DNA of 64,000 nucleotides. Source: a bacterium (lineage in GTDB: Bacteria > Actinomycetota > Acidimicrobiia > Acidimicrobiales > Bin134). This document shows positions 1 through 8,460 of the stretch, piece by piece (the stretch's first letter is position 1; each line of letters opens with the position of its first letter). The position numbers were made by a program, and so were the translations under genes. The notes under the pieces are model-generated. The model had not been told where the DNA came from. It ran no database searches and saw only the letters and a program-made list of their open reading frames with translations. The DNA lies in contig JAPOVT010000043.1 in assembly GCA_026708015.1 (NCBI GenBank), forward strand, positions 8,429-72,428, given 5' to 3'.

Positions 1-2
1 TG

Positions 3-572
3 CGAATCATCGACTTGCCCACCGGGCGAGTGCTTCAGGAGACCGCGGCCGACCCCCAGCACTTCGGAGAGGGCCTCGCCCTGGTTGACGACCAACTCAT
101 CTGGCTCACCTGGCAAGCGGGCACCGCTGGGGTGTACCACCGGGACACGCTCGAGCCCACCGGCAGCTTCACTTACGCCGGCGAGGGCTGGGGGCTGTGC
201 CACGACGGCGCCCGCCTGGTGATGAGCGACGGGTCGAACACGCTCACCTTCCGACACCCCACCACCTTCGAGGCAATGGGCTCGGTTGCCGTCACCCGGG
301 CCGACGGCAGCCCGGTCAACCGGCTCAACGAACTGGAGTGCGTCGGCAATCAGGTGTGGGCCAACGTCTGGCTCACCGACCGCATCGTGGTCATCGACCC
401 CGACACCGGGTCGGTCGCCGCCGAAGCCGACATGGCCGGGATCATCAGCCCCCATCCAGAATTGACCGACAGCAACGACGTCCTCAACGGCATCGCCTAC
501 CGGCCCGACACTGGAACCTTCCTCATCACCGGCAAGCGCTGGCCCACCATCTTCGAGGTCCGTTTTGAGTGA
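3..572 (+). CDS. Glutamine cyclotransferase (glutaminyl-peptide cyclotransferase, beta-propeller type); 5' end cut by window edge
   Basis: Frame is open from the window start (track ORF 15..572). Motifs FGEGL, LTW, EGWGLCHDG, SDGS and NELE..ANVW are typical of this family. Confidence 0.8.
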   Translation, partial: RIIDLPTGRVLQETAADPQHFGEGLALVDDQLIWLTWQAGTAGVYHRDTLEPTGSFTYAGEGWGLCHDGARLVMSDGSNTLTFRHPTTFEAMGSVAVTRADGSPVNRLNELECVGNQVWANVWLTDRIVVIDPDTGSVAAEADMAGIISPHPELTDSNDVLNGIAYRPDTGTFLITGKRWPTIFEVRFE

Positions 573-1281
573 CGTAGCGCGGGTGGCGGGAGTGGACGGA
601 ACCAGAGGGGGCTGGGTGATGGCCACCACCAGCACAATTCCCGGCTCCCCCGTGGAGTTCTGGCTATCGACGTCCTTCGCCGAAATATGGGCAAGAGCTC
701 GGAAACGCCGGCTCTTGGCCGTTGCGATCGACATGCCCATCGGTCTGCCTGACAAGGTTCGGCGTCGTTCCGATCGCGAGGCCAAAGACCTGCTCGGCCC
801 TCGGCGCTCATCACTGTTCTGGACTCCTTCCCTCTATTTGCTGGAGTCAGCCGACCACACCAGGGCCAACAAGCTTTCCAAGCGCGTCACGGGACAAGGC
901 CTGTCGATCCAGGCGTTCAACCTGCTCCCCAAGGTGCGTGAGGTTCGGGGCGTGTTGTCTCCCGCTGACCTGGCCCCGCAGGCTCAGCCCCAGGCAGCCG
1001 AGGTCCACCCCGAGACCAGTCTTGCCGTGCTGGCTGGTAAGCCGATGTCGATCTCCAAACATCGAAGAGGAGGGATCGCCGAGCGCTTCGCCGCCCTCGA
1101 ACCTGAATTCGACAGGCTTCAATGGGAGCTAGTTCACAAGGAACGCCCCTGCGAATTGCACGACTTGATCGACGCCACAGCCGCGGCCTGGACTGCCCGG
1201 CGCATGGCCGCCGGCACGGCGATGATCTTGGGACACGGCGAAATCGACACCACCGGCTATCCGATGGCCATCTGGGCCTGA
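565..1281 (+). CDS. DUF429 domain protein (RNase H-like fold, function unknown)
   Basis: N-terminal GVDGTRGGWV motif and ~240 aa length are typical of DUF429. It overlaps the upstream stop by 8 nt. Confidence 0.7.
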   Translation: MSDVARVAGVDGTRGGWVMATTSTIPGSPVEFWLSTSFAEIWARARKRRLLAVAIDMPIGLPDKVRRRSDREAKDLLGPRRSSLFWTPSLYLLESADHTRANKLSKRVTGQGLSIQAFNLLPKVREVRGVLSPADLAPQAQPQAAEVHPETSLAVLAGKPMSISKHRRGGIAERFAALEPEFDRLQWELVHKERPCELHDLIDATAAAWTARRMAAGTAMILGHGEIDTTGYPMAIWA

Positions 1282-1298
1282 TCTCCGATCAAGGCCAG

Positions 1299-2321
1299 CT
1301 ACGACAGTTCCGTATAGCCGGGGGTCTCCAGGTGGGGGGTCTTGAGATATACCTTGGCCTCGGGCGACCCCTGGAAGCGGCCGTGGCTCCACCGCACCTC
1401 TACATGTCCGTCCACGTGCACGGGGGTGTCGGTGGCTTTGACAATCAGGTCGCCCCGCCAGCGCACCACCGGCTGCACCCGGGCCTCCGGCCAAACGTCG
1501 AACGACCTGAACGCGAACCGCTGGCGGAAATCCCAGGGGGTGTCCACCCGATAGCGCACCGGACGGCGGCGGTGGTCGGTGCCCAACACGAAATAGGGCG
1601 CGGGCTGAAGCCGCAGCAGGCGCCACAGCGCCTCTTCCCGACGGGTGGCCCGATGGCCCAGCGCCTTGAGCCACCGCTCGGCGGAAGCTTGCGACACCGC
1701 CACCGAGAACCAGTGGGCCGCCTCGGCCAGCGGCTCGGGCCAGCGGCGGGCAAAGGGCCGCTTCAGCCGCTTGTGCTGGTCGGCGCTCAGATCGGTGACC
1801 GACGGCGGCAGGTCGTCGAACCCCTCCTCGTGGCTGGCCAGATACTGGCGGGCGGCCTGGTAGAGGGCCTGGTACTCGGCCAGGGCCACTTCGGCGTACC
1901 AGTCCCCTGCCCCGGTTCGCCTCACCGCCAGCAGCCGCTCGAAGAGGTGCCCGGGAGCCACGTTGTGCAGCAGGCTCGACCCGTACTTGCAGCTCACCAG
2001 ATACACATGGTCGATCCGCAGATCAGCCGGCGTCTGCTCATAGGAGGGCGCCTGATGGGGGCCCTTCCACTCCACCCGCTTCGGCGCCCTCTCCCGCAAG
2101 CCGTCTTCGGCCACCGCGAAGGCCAGGCCGTTGGCCCAAGCCTCCTCGAACTGCACCCCGTGCTTACCGTCGGCCCGGGCGGCGATCAGCTTGTCGTAGT
2201 GGCGGTGCTCCACCCCCACCATCTTCGAGGGGCGGGCCGCCAGCGCCTCATCCAGCGAATCGAATTCAAGCATCCCCAGCCCGGTGACGATCTCGGTTAT
2301 CTCGGTTCGAAGCGAAGCCAT
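1299..2321 (-). CDS. Hypothetical protein (340 aa)
   Basis: Track ORF 1299..2477. Start moved to the ATG at 2321 (MASLRTEITE) to avoid overlapping the carD promoter and start. No family recognised; there is a possible D...SCK nuclease-like motif. Confidence 0.6.
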   Translation of the reverse strand: MASLRTEITEIVTGLGMLEFDSLDEALAARPSKMVGVEHRHYDKLIAARADGKHGVQFEEAWANGLAFAVAEDGLRERAPKRVEWKGPHQAPSYEQTPADLRIDHVYLVSCKYGSSLLHNVAPGHLFERLLAVRRTGAGDWYAEVALAEYQALYQAARQYLASHEEGFDDLPPSVTDLSADQHKRLKRPFARRWPEPLAEAAHWFSVAVSQASAERWLKALGHRATRREEALWRLLRLQPAPYFVLGTDHRRRPVRYRVDTPWDFRQRFAFRSFDVWPEARVQPVVRWRGDLIVKATDTPVHVDGHVEVRWSHGRFQGSPEAKVYLKTPHLETPGYTELS

Positions 2322-2454
2322 CTTCGCCCATCTTGGTCGCTGGGCTGTCGTTGTGCATGGAGCTTGGCGGGAAAGCAGGAGATTGCACCCAAGATGCGAA
2401 ACCGCTCCCGATGATGGCATCCTTAGGGGGTTCCCCTGAGCCCCTCGGAGCACA

Positions 2455-2934
2455 ATGACGTTCAAAAAAGGTGACAAGGTCGTCTACCCCCACCACGGAG
2501 CAGCCACCGTGGTCAAGCGGGAGATGAAAGAGGCATTCGGAGAAAAGACCGAGTACCTGGTGCTTCGCATGGCCCACGGCGAGATGGTGCTGTCGGTGCC
2601 CGTGTCCAAGGCCGAAGAGGTGGGCATGCGGTGGCCCATCTCCACCGAGGACGTGGAGGACCTGTTCGAGGTGCTCCGCAAGCGCGACGTGCGCGAGCCC
2701 GCCAACTGGAGCCGCCGGTTCAAGAACCACCAGGAGAAGCTCAAGTCGGGCGACGTCTACCAGGTGGCCGAGGTGGTGCGGAACCTGGCCCTGCGAGACC
2801 AGAACAAAGGACTCTCCGCCGGCGAGAAGAGCCTGTTCACCAAGGCCCGCAACGTGCTGGTGTCGGAGCTGAGCTTCTCGCTGAACGTGTCTGAGGACGA
2901 GGCCCTCGACCGGGTGGAGGAAGCCCTGTCCTGA
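2455..2934 (+). CDS. carD: CarD family transcriptional regulator (RNA polymerase-binding)
   Basis: 159 aa. N-terminal FKKGDKVVYPHHGAATV and C-terminal leucine-rich helical domain are characteristic of CarD. Confidence 0.95.
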   Translation: MTFKKGDKVVYPHHGAATVVKREMKEAFGEKTEYLVLRMAHGEMVLSVPVSKAEEVGMRWPISTEDVEDLFEVLRKRDVREPANWSRRFKNHQEKLKSGDVYQVAEVVRNLALRDQNKGLSAGEKSLFTKARNVLVSELSFSLNVSEDEALDRVEEALS

Positions 2935-2999
2935 TCCCGCCGGGCGGGAAAACCAGTTGCTCTCCGGCACTAGGGCGACGAGTACGCTTACCCCCAACA

Positions 3000-3074
3000 C
3001 GGGCTGTGGCGCAGCTTGGTCAGCGCACCTGCTTTGGGAGCAGGGGGTCGCCGGTTCAAATCCGGCCAGCCCGA
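3000..3074 (+). tRNA. tRNA-Pro (anticodon UGG)
   Basis: Hand-folded cloverleaf: acceptor CGGGCTG/CAGCCCG, anticodon stem CCTGC/GCAGG with loop TTTGGGA, T-arm GCCGG-TTCAAAT-CCGGC, discriminator A. No encoded CCA. Confidence 0.95.
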
Positions 3075-3114
3075 CCCCACCAACACGAAACCCGGAGAAA
3101 CCCGACCACTTAGA

Positions 3115-4578
3115 ATGGCGGCCATGTCCGGCGCTCCTGGGTTCTTCGACGAGGCTGTCGACGAGCAGGGGCGAATCCGTGATCACTACCGGCCGGTGCA
3201 GGAGTGGTTCGACCGGCTGACGCCGGAACAGGTGAAGGCCCTCGAAGAGCAGCGCAACGAATCCTTCCGCCGCCAGGGGATCACCTTCACGGTGTACGGC
3301 GGCGACGAGGGCACCGAGCGTACCTGGCCCATGGACCTGTTCCCTCGGGTGATCGCCGCCGAGGAGTGGTCCATGCTGGAGCGGGGCCTGATCCAGCGGG
3401 TCACCGCCCTCAACCGCTTCCTCGACGACATCTACGCCGGTGAGCAGGCCATCGTCAACGACGGAATCGTCCCCCGCCGGCTGATCACCTCATGCACCGG
3501 CTTTGAGCGGGAGGCCATGAACGTGTCGGTCCCGCTGGGGGCGCGCTGCCTGGTGGCCGGTATCGACTTGGTGCGCGACGCCGACGGCGCCTACCGGGTG
3601 CTGGAGGACAACCTGCGCAACCCCAGCGGCATCTCCTATGTGATCGAGAACCGGGCGGCCATGACCAAGCTGTTGCCCGCCGCCTTCTCCGATCTGGCGG
3701 TTCGCTCGGTTGACCACTACGGGCGGTCGCTGCTGCGGGCGTTGCGCTCTATCGCTCCACCCGCATGCGGCGACGACCCCACCGTGGTGGTGCTCACCCC
3801 GGGCATCTTCAACTCGGCCTACTTCGAGCACGCTTTTCTGGCCCGCAGCATGGGCGTGGAGCTGGTGGAGGGGCGCGACCTGGTGGTGGACGACCATGTG
3901 GTGGCTATGCGCACCACTCGGGGCCTGGAGCGGGTGGACGTGATCTACCGCCGCATCGACGATGATTTCTTGGATCCGGTGGTGTTCAACCCCAACTCCA
4001 CCCTGGGGGTGCCCGGCCTGATGGCCGCCGCTCGGGCCGGCACGGTGTCGGTGGCCAACTCGGTGGGCAACGGAGTGGGCGACGACAAGGCGGTCTATGC
4101 CTACGTGCCCGACATGATCCGCTACTACCTGGGCGAGGAGGCGATCATCCCCAACGCCGACACCTACCTGCTGTGGGAGGAGGACCAGCGGAACGAGGTG
4201 CTGAAGCGCCTCGACCAACTGGTGGTCAAGCCGGTGGCCGAATCCGGGGGCTACGGCATCGTGATCGGCCCCCGGGCCACCGATGCCGAGCTGGCCGAGG
4301 CCCGAGACAAGATCCTGGCCGACCCCCGCAACTGGATCGCCCAAGAGGTGGTGAACCTGTCCCGGCTGCCCGCGTGGAGCGGCGACGGATTCGCCCCCCG
4401 CCACATCGATCTGCGCCCGTTCGTATTGAGCGGCGAGCAGGTGGAGGTGATACCCGGCGGGCTCACTCGGGTGGCCCTGCGGGAAGGATCGCTCATCGTC
4501 AACAGCTCTCAGGGCGGAGGCTCCAAAGACACATGGGTGCTGGGCAGCCCCGAACCGACAACGGCAGCCCCGAGCTGA
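3115..4578 (+). CDS. Circularly permuted ATP-grasp type 2 protein (COG2308-like)
   Basis: Track ORF 3016..4578 trimmed to the ATG at 3115, because the upstream part overlaps tRNA-Pro. Length and sequence match the family found upstream of alpha-E and transglutaminase genes. Confidence 0.85.
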   Translation: MAAMSGAPGFFDEAVDEQGRIRDHYRPVQEWFDRLTPEQVKALEEQRNESFRRQGITFTVYGGDEGTERTWPMDLFPRVIAAEEWSMLERGLIQRVTALNRFLDDIYAGEQAIVNDGIVPRRLITSCTGFEREAMNVSVPLGARCLVAGIDLVRDADGAYRVLEDNLRNPSGISYVIENRAAMTKLLPAAFSDLAVRSVDHYGRSLLRALRSIAPPACGDDPTVVVLTPGIFNSAYFEHAFLARSMGVELVEGRDLVVDDHVVAMRTTRGLERVDVIYRRIDDDFLDPVVFNPNSTLGVPGLMAAARAGTVSVANSVGNGVGDDKAVYAYVPDMIRYYLGEEAIIPNADTYLLWEEDQRNEVLKRLDQLVVKPVAESGGYGIVIGPRATDAELAEARDKILADPRNWIAQEVVNLSRLPAWSGDGFAPRHIDLRPFVLSGEQVEVIPGGLTRVALREGSLIVNSSQGGGSKDTWVLGSPEPTTAAPS

Positions 4579-4635
4579 TGCTGGCCCGACACGCAAGCGA
4601 ACCAGGACTTCCGAGCTGATGCTGGCCCGACACGC
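4570..4635 (+). repeat. Exact 25-nt direct repeat (4570-4594 and 4611-4635, period 41 nt) duplicating the stop/start junction; creates a 13-aa mini-ORF at 4578..4619
   Basis: CCGAGCTGATGCTGGCCCGACACGC occurs twice. Each copy carries a TGATG stop/start overlap. The mini-ORF MLARHASEPGLPS shares its first 6 residues with the downstream gene. Confidence 0.9.
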
Positions 4636-5638
4636 CGAGGACATGTTCTGGGCCGGCCGCTACCTGGAGCGGGCCGAGGACACCGCCCGAATGGTGCGGG
4701 CCACCCTGCTCAGCACTGTGGCCGAGAGCCCAGCCCAGGCCATCGATCGAATGCAGAACTTGATCAGCACGCTGCGGCTGGAGGTGCCGACCCCCACCGA
4801 AGACGTGCAGACCATGGCCGAGAGCATGACGCCGTCCCCGCCCATGCTGCGGAGCGAGGCCGGGCTGGGCATCGACGTGCAGGCGGCGGCGACCCGCTTG
4901 GTGGCATCACCGGCCCTGGCCGGGTCGGTGGCGTTCTGCATCGGCCGCACCAGGGAGAACTTCCGATCCCTGCGAGACCAGATCCCCTCAGAGCTCTGGG
5001 AGCAGATCAACGAGTTTCACCTGCGGCTCCGCCAAGGCGACTTCCCGGCAACCATGGAGCAAGACCCGTTCCAAACCCTCGACTTCATCCGGGTGAGCTG
5101 CCAGTCGCTGACCGGTGTCATCAGCTCGTCGATGGCCCAGGGTGAGGGCTACCGGTTCTTGGTGCTGGGCCAGATGCTGGAACGGGCGCTGATGACCTGC
5201 CGCCTGGTCAGCGTCCGCTACCCGGAGCTCGACGGATCGTCCTACGACGAGATGGCCCTCACCCTCCGGTCGGTCTCGGCCCTGGAGGCCTACCAACGGG
5301 CCAGCCAATCATCTCCTGTGGGCTCTGACGTGGCCCGATTCCTCATGATCAACGACTCATTCCCCCGATCAGTGATCTATTGCCTGAGGGCCAGCGAGTC
5401 CCATGTGCAAGCGCTGGCCGCCAACGGCCGTCCCCCGCCTCTTCGGCGTTTGGCCCAGCTCCGCTCCGAGCTGGAGTATGCCGACTTTGATTCCATGGTG
5501 GGCGACCTGCCCCGTCATCTGTCCACGCTGGAAGACGGAGTGCGGGACGTGGCCAATCTGGTGGGCAACCACTTCTTCCGCAACGCCGAGTCGTTCGATC
5601 TGCACAGCCAGGCCATCATGCCGGGGGTGTCGTCGTGA
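4619..5638 (+). CDS. Alpha-E domain protein (COG2307-like)
   Basis: N-terminus MLARHAEDMFWAGRYLERAEDTAR is the hallmark alpha-E start. It sits between the ATP-grasp and transglutaminase genes. Confidence 0.85.
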   Translation: MLARHAEDMFWAGRYLERAEDTARMVRATLLSTVAESPAQAIDRMQNLISTLRLEVPTPTEDVQTMAESMTPSPPMLRSEAGLGIDVQAAATRLVASPALAGSVAFCIGRTRENFRSLRDQIPSELWEQINEFHLRLRQGDFPATMEQDPFQTLDFIRVSCQSLTGVISSSMAQGEGYRFLVLGQMLERALMTCRLVSVRYPELDGSSYDEMALTLRSVSALEAYQRASQSSPVGSDVARFLMINDSFPRSVIYCLRASESHVQALAANGRPPPLRRLAQLRSELEYADFDSMVGDLPRHLSTLEDGVRDVANLVGNHFFRNAESFDLHSQAIMPGVSS

Positions 5639-6582
5639 GGCTGGACATCTGCTATCGCACCACATTCGCGTTCGACGCTCCGGTTCGGGAGTCCCAAAAC
5701 GAGATGAGAGCCTGTCCGGTCTCCGATGAGCGCCAGCAGTTGCTGAACTATCGGGTGATCGTCGAGCCGTCGGCCAGGATGCTGTCGTTCACCGACTACT
5801 GGGGCACTCGGGTGGACCATTTCGGCGTCACTAACACCCACACCGTCCTCGAGGTCACGGCGGAGGCTTCGGTGGAGACCCAAGACCCGCCGCCAGTGGC
5901 CACCGACCCGCCGTTGGAGACGCTGAACGTGCCGGAATTCCGCGACCGACACGAGGAGTTCCTCAAGCGCAGCCACCACACAAACTGGAACGAGGACATG
6001 GCCCAAGCAGCCCGCAGTCTTGCCGATGCCAACGGGTCGAATGTGGCCAGCGCAGTGATGGAGGTCAGTCGGTACGTCGGCGACAAGCTCACCTATGAGC
6101 CTGGTGCCACCGATATCGGCGAGCCCATTGCCGACATCGCGGCCAAAGGAGTCGGCGTCTGCCAGGACTACGCCCACCTGGCGGTGGCCCTGTGCCGGAG
6201 CATCGGGATCCCGGCCCGCTATGTGTCGGGCTACCTGTTCTCCAGCGACGATCGCATCGGCAGTATCGACGGCGACTTGGTGAGGGTGCAGACCCATGCC
6301 TGGTTCGAGGCGGCCGTTCCCGGTCTGGGCTGGCTGCCGCTCGATCCCACCAACCAATTGGCGGTGGGCCGCCAGCACGTGAAGATCGGCCACGGCCGCG
6401 ACTACGATGACGTGCCCCCACTGCGGGGCGTCTACTCCGGTCCGGGCACTCCCACCGTGGAGGCGTCAGTGGAGATCCGCCGGATGGACCCGGCCCGCCC
6501 GCCGTCGGCGCCAACGCAGCCCTCGCTGTTGTCCGCAGTCAAGGCCCCTCGCGCCCGCCAGCAACAGCAGCAACAACAGTAG
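5635..6582 (+). CDS. Transglutaminase-like family protein (N-terminal bacterial TGase domain plus TGase core); poly-Q tail
   Basis: MRLDICYRTTFAFD N-terminus, GVCQDYAHL catalytic-Cys motif, then H and D downstream. 4-nt overlap with the alpha-E gene. Confidence 0.85.
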   Translation: MRLDICYRTTFAFDAPVRESQNEMRACPVSDERQQLLNYRVIVEPSARMLSFTDYWGTRVDHFGVTNTHTVLEVTAEASVETQDPPPVATDPPLETLNVPEFRDRHEEFLKRSHHTNWNEDMAQAARSLADANGSNVASAVMEVSRYVGDKLTYEPGATDIGEPIADIAAKGVGVCQDYAHLAVALCRSIGIPARYVSGYLFSSDDRIGSIDGDLVRVQTHAWFEAAVPGLGWLPLDPTNQLAVGRQHVKIGHGRDYDDVPPLRGVYSGPGTPTVEASVEIRRMDPARPPSAPTQPSLLSAVKAPRARQQQQQQQ

Positions 6583-6596
6583 GAACCGGGCCCGCG

Positions 6597-7466
6597 CTAA
6601 ATCCGGGCCTCGCGCACGTCGAGGCGCCGGAGCAGCTCATCGCCCACGAAGTTCAACGCCATCAGGGTGACGAACATCACCCCGCCGGTGGTCAAGGCGA
6701 TGTGGGGAGACTCCTCAAGCCTCCCCCGCCCTGCGGCCAAGATGTTGCCCCAGGTGATGCTGGGCGAGCCCACGCTCACCCCGATAAACGACAGGCTCCC
6801 CTCGGCGATGATCACGATCCCCATGGCCAAAAAGGCGATGGAGGCCAACGCCGGCACCACGTTGGGCAGCACTTCCCGGAACAGCAGCCGGGGCCATCGG
6901 GCCCCCATCATGTCGGCCACGGTCACGAACTCCCGGGCGGCAAACCGCAGCGCTTGGGCCCGGGCGATGCGGGCAATGGCCGGGATCGTCAATATGGTCA
7001 CCGCGATGGTGACGTTGGTGTAGCTCTGGCCCAGCATGGTCACGATGAACAGGGCGAACACCAGCGCGGGCAGGGCCAGTGCCACATTGACCACGCTGCT
7101 GACCGCGCCATCGATCCATTTCCCGAAATAGCCGGCCACCACCCCCAGAACGCCGCCCACCACGATCCCGATGCCCACCGCGGGACCGGCGATAGACAGC
7201 GACAGCCGACTGCCCCACACCGAGCGGGCGAACATGTCCCGTCCGAGCTGGTCGGTGCCGAACCAGTGCGACCACGACAGACCCTCCTCTGGCTGTCCGG
7301 CCAACGGCTTGTGGGGGTCGTCCAAGAACCCCAGCCAGGGTGCCAGCACCGCGGCTGCTATCACCAACACCAGCCACCCCACCGACAAACGAAGGGCGAG
7401 GTTGCGACCTTGCCGGTGAGGGCGGAGCCCGGATTGGACGCCCGTGACGACAGCGGTAGCGGTCAT
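6597..7466 (-). CDS. ABC transporter permease, peptide/nickel family (DppC/OppC-like)
   Basis: Multi-TM protein with a binding-protein-dependent transport signature. Overlaps the upstream permease by 4 nt. Confidence 0.9.
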   Translation of the reverse strand: MTATAVVTGVQSGLRPHRQGRNLALRLSVGWLVLVIAAAVLAPWLGFLDDPHKPLAGQPEEGLSWSHWFGTDQLGRDMFARSVWGSRLSLSIAGPAVGIGIVVGGVLGVVAGYFGKWIDGAVSSVVNVALALPALVFALFIVTMLGQSYTNVTIAVTILTIPAIARIARAQALRFAAREFVTVADMMGARWPRLLFREVLPNVVPALASIAFLAMGIVIIAEGSLSFIGVSVGSPSITWGNILAAGRGRLEESPHIALTTGGVMFVTLMALNFVGDELLRRLDVREARI

Positions 7467-8407
7467 CTCCGGCGCACCCGGGGGTCGAGCACGGAGTAGA
7501 GCAGGTCCACCAGCGTGGTCACGGTCACGAAGACCGCGGCGATCAGCGCCACCAGGGTCTGCACCAAGAGGAACTCGCGGGCGGCCACCCAGCTCACCAG
7601 CAGCGACCCCACCCCGTCGAGGTCGAACAGGAACTCCACCACGATGGCGCCGTTCACCGCCTGGGCCGCCTGGATGCCGAAGATGGTCAGCAGCGTGAAG
7701 CTCGACGGGCGCAGCACATGGCGCAGCAGTACGTGGCGCACCGGGAGTCCCTTGGCCCGGGCAGTGCCCACAAAGTCCTCCTGGAGTGTGCCGATCACAT
7801 CTGTGCGCAGCAGCCGCAGGTAAACGGGCAGCAGCCCGGCAGCCAGCGTGACCGCGGGCAGGAACATCACCTTGAAATGGGCCACCAACCCTTCGGAGAT
7901 CGGCTCATAGCCGCTCAAGTCGAACCAGTCCAGCTTCACTGCGAACAACAAGATCAGTACCAGCCCGAGCACGAAGACCGGCGTGGACAGCAGCGCGAAC
8001 GCCCCCCCACTGGTGATCTTGTCGCCCACGCTATTTTGCCGGTAGCCCGACCACAGCCCGAGGGGAATCGCCGCGCCCAGCGCCAATATCTGCGAATAGG
8101 CCAATAGCAACAGGGTGCGGGGCAACGCGGTGTTGAGGGCTTCGCCGAACGAGCGCCCGGTGAGATACGACTTGCCGAAATCCCCGGTGAGCACGTCTCC
8201 GCCCCACTTGGCCCACTGCACGATGACCGGGTCGTCGAGGTTGCGATCCCGCTCGCATTCGTCGATCTGCTCTTGAGTGGCTGCCCCGCCGAACGCGGCC
8301 ACACACGGGTTGCCGGGGAGCAGGTTGAGCATCCAGTAGAACAGCAGCGTTACTGCCAGCACCACCAGGGCAAGCTGGGCCAAGCGCGTTCCGAAGAACC
8401 GGAGCAC
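7463..8407 (-). CDS. ABC transporter permease, peptide/nickel family (DppB/OppB-like)
   Basis: 314 aa. N-terminus MLRFFGTRLAQL and the TARAKG motif are typical of DppB/OppB. Confidence 0.9.
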   Translation of the reverse strand: MLRFFGTRLAQLALVVLAVTLLFYWMLNLLPGNPCVAAFGGAATQEQIDECERDRNLDDPVIVQWAKWGGDVLTGDFGKSYLTGRSFGEALNTALPRTLLLLAYSQILALGAAIPLGLWSGYRQNSVGDKITSGGAFALLSTPVFVLGLVLILLFAVKLDWFDLSGYEPISEGLVAHFKVMFLPAVTLAAGLLPVYLRLLRTDVIGTLQEDFVGTARAKGLPVRHVLLRHVLRPSSFTLLTIFGIQAAQAVNGAIVVEFLFDLDGVGSLLVSWVAAREFLLVQTLVALIAAVFVTVTTLVDLLYSVLDPRVRRR

Positions 8408-8460
8408 CGATCCGCCTCGCCCCGTTGCCTGTAAGCGTCCCTCCTAGCCGGAACCAGCCG

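Noticed and set aside
1122-2414. 430-aa plus-strand ORF overlapping the 1299..2321 gene
   Set aside because: It is antisense to a better-supported ORF. The Arg/Gly/Pro/His-rich low-complexity translation is typical of high-GC shadow frames.
2935-2949. Hairpin TCCCGCC-GGGCGGGA after carD as an intrinsic terminator
   Set aside because: It has only a 6-bp stem and is followed by AAAACC rather than a U-tract. It is too weak to annotate.
3016-3114. N-terminal extension of the ATP-grasp ORF
   Set aside because: It overlaps tRNA-Pro (3000-3074). The family-typical sequence begins at the ATG at 3115.
6541-6582. CAG/CAA run (poly-Q) considered as a microsatellite or contingency locus
   Set aside because: It has only seven mixed CAG/CAA codons at the gene end, which is too short and impure for a phase-variation tract. 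It is mentioned under the cassette finding only.
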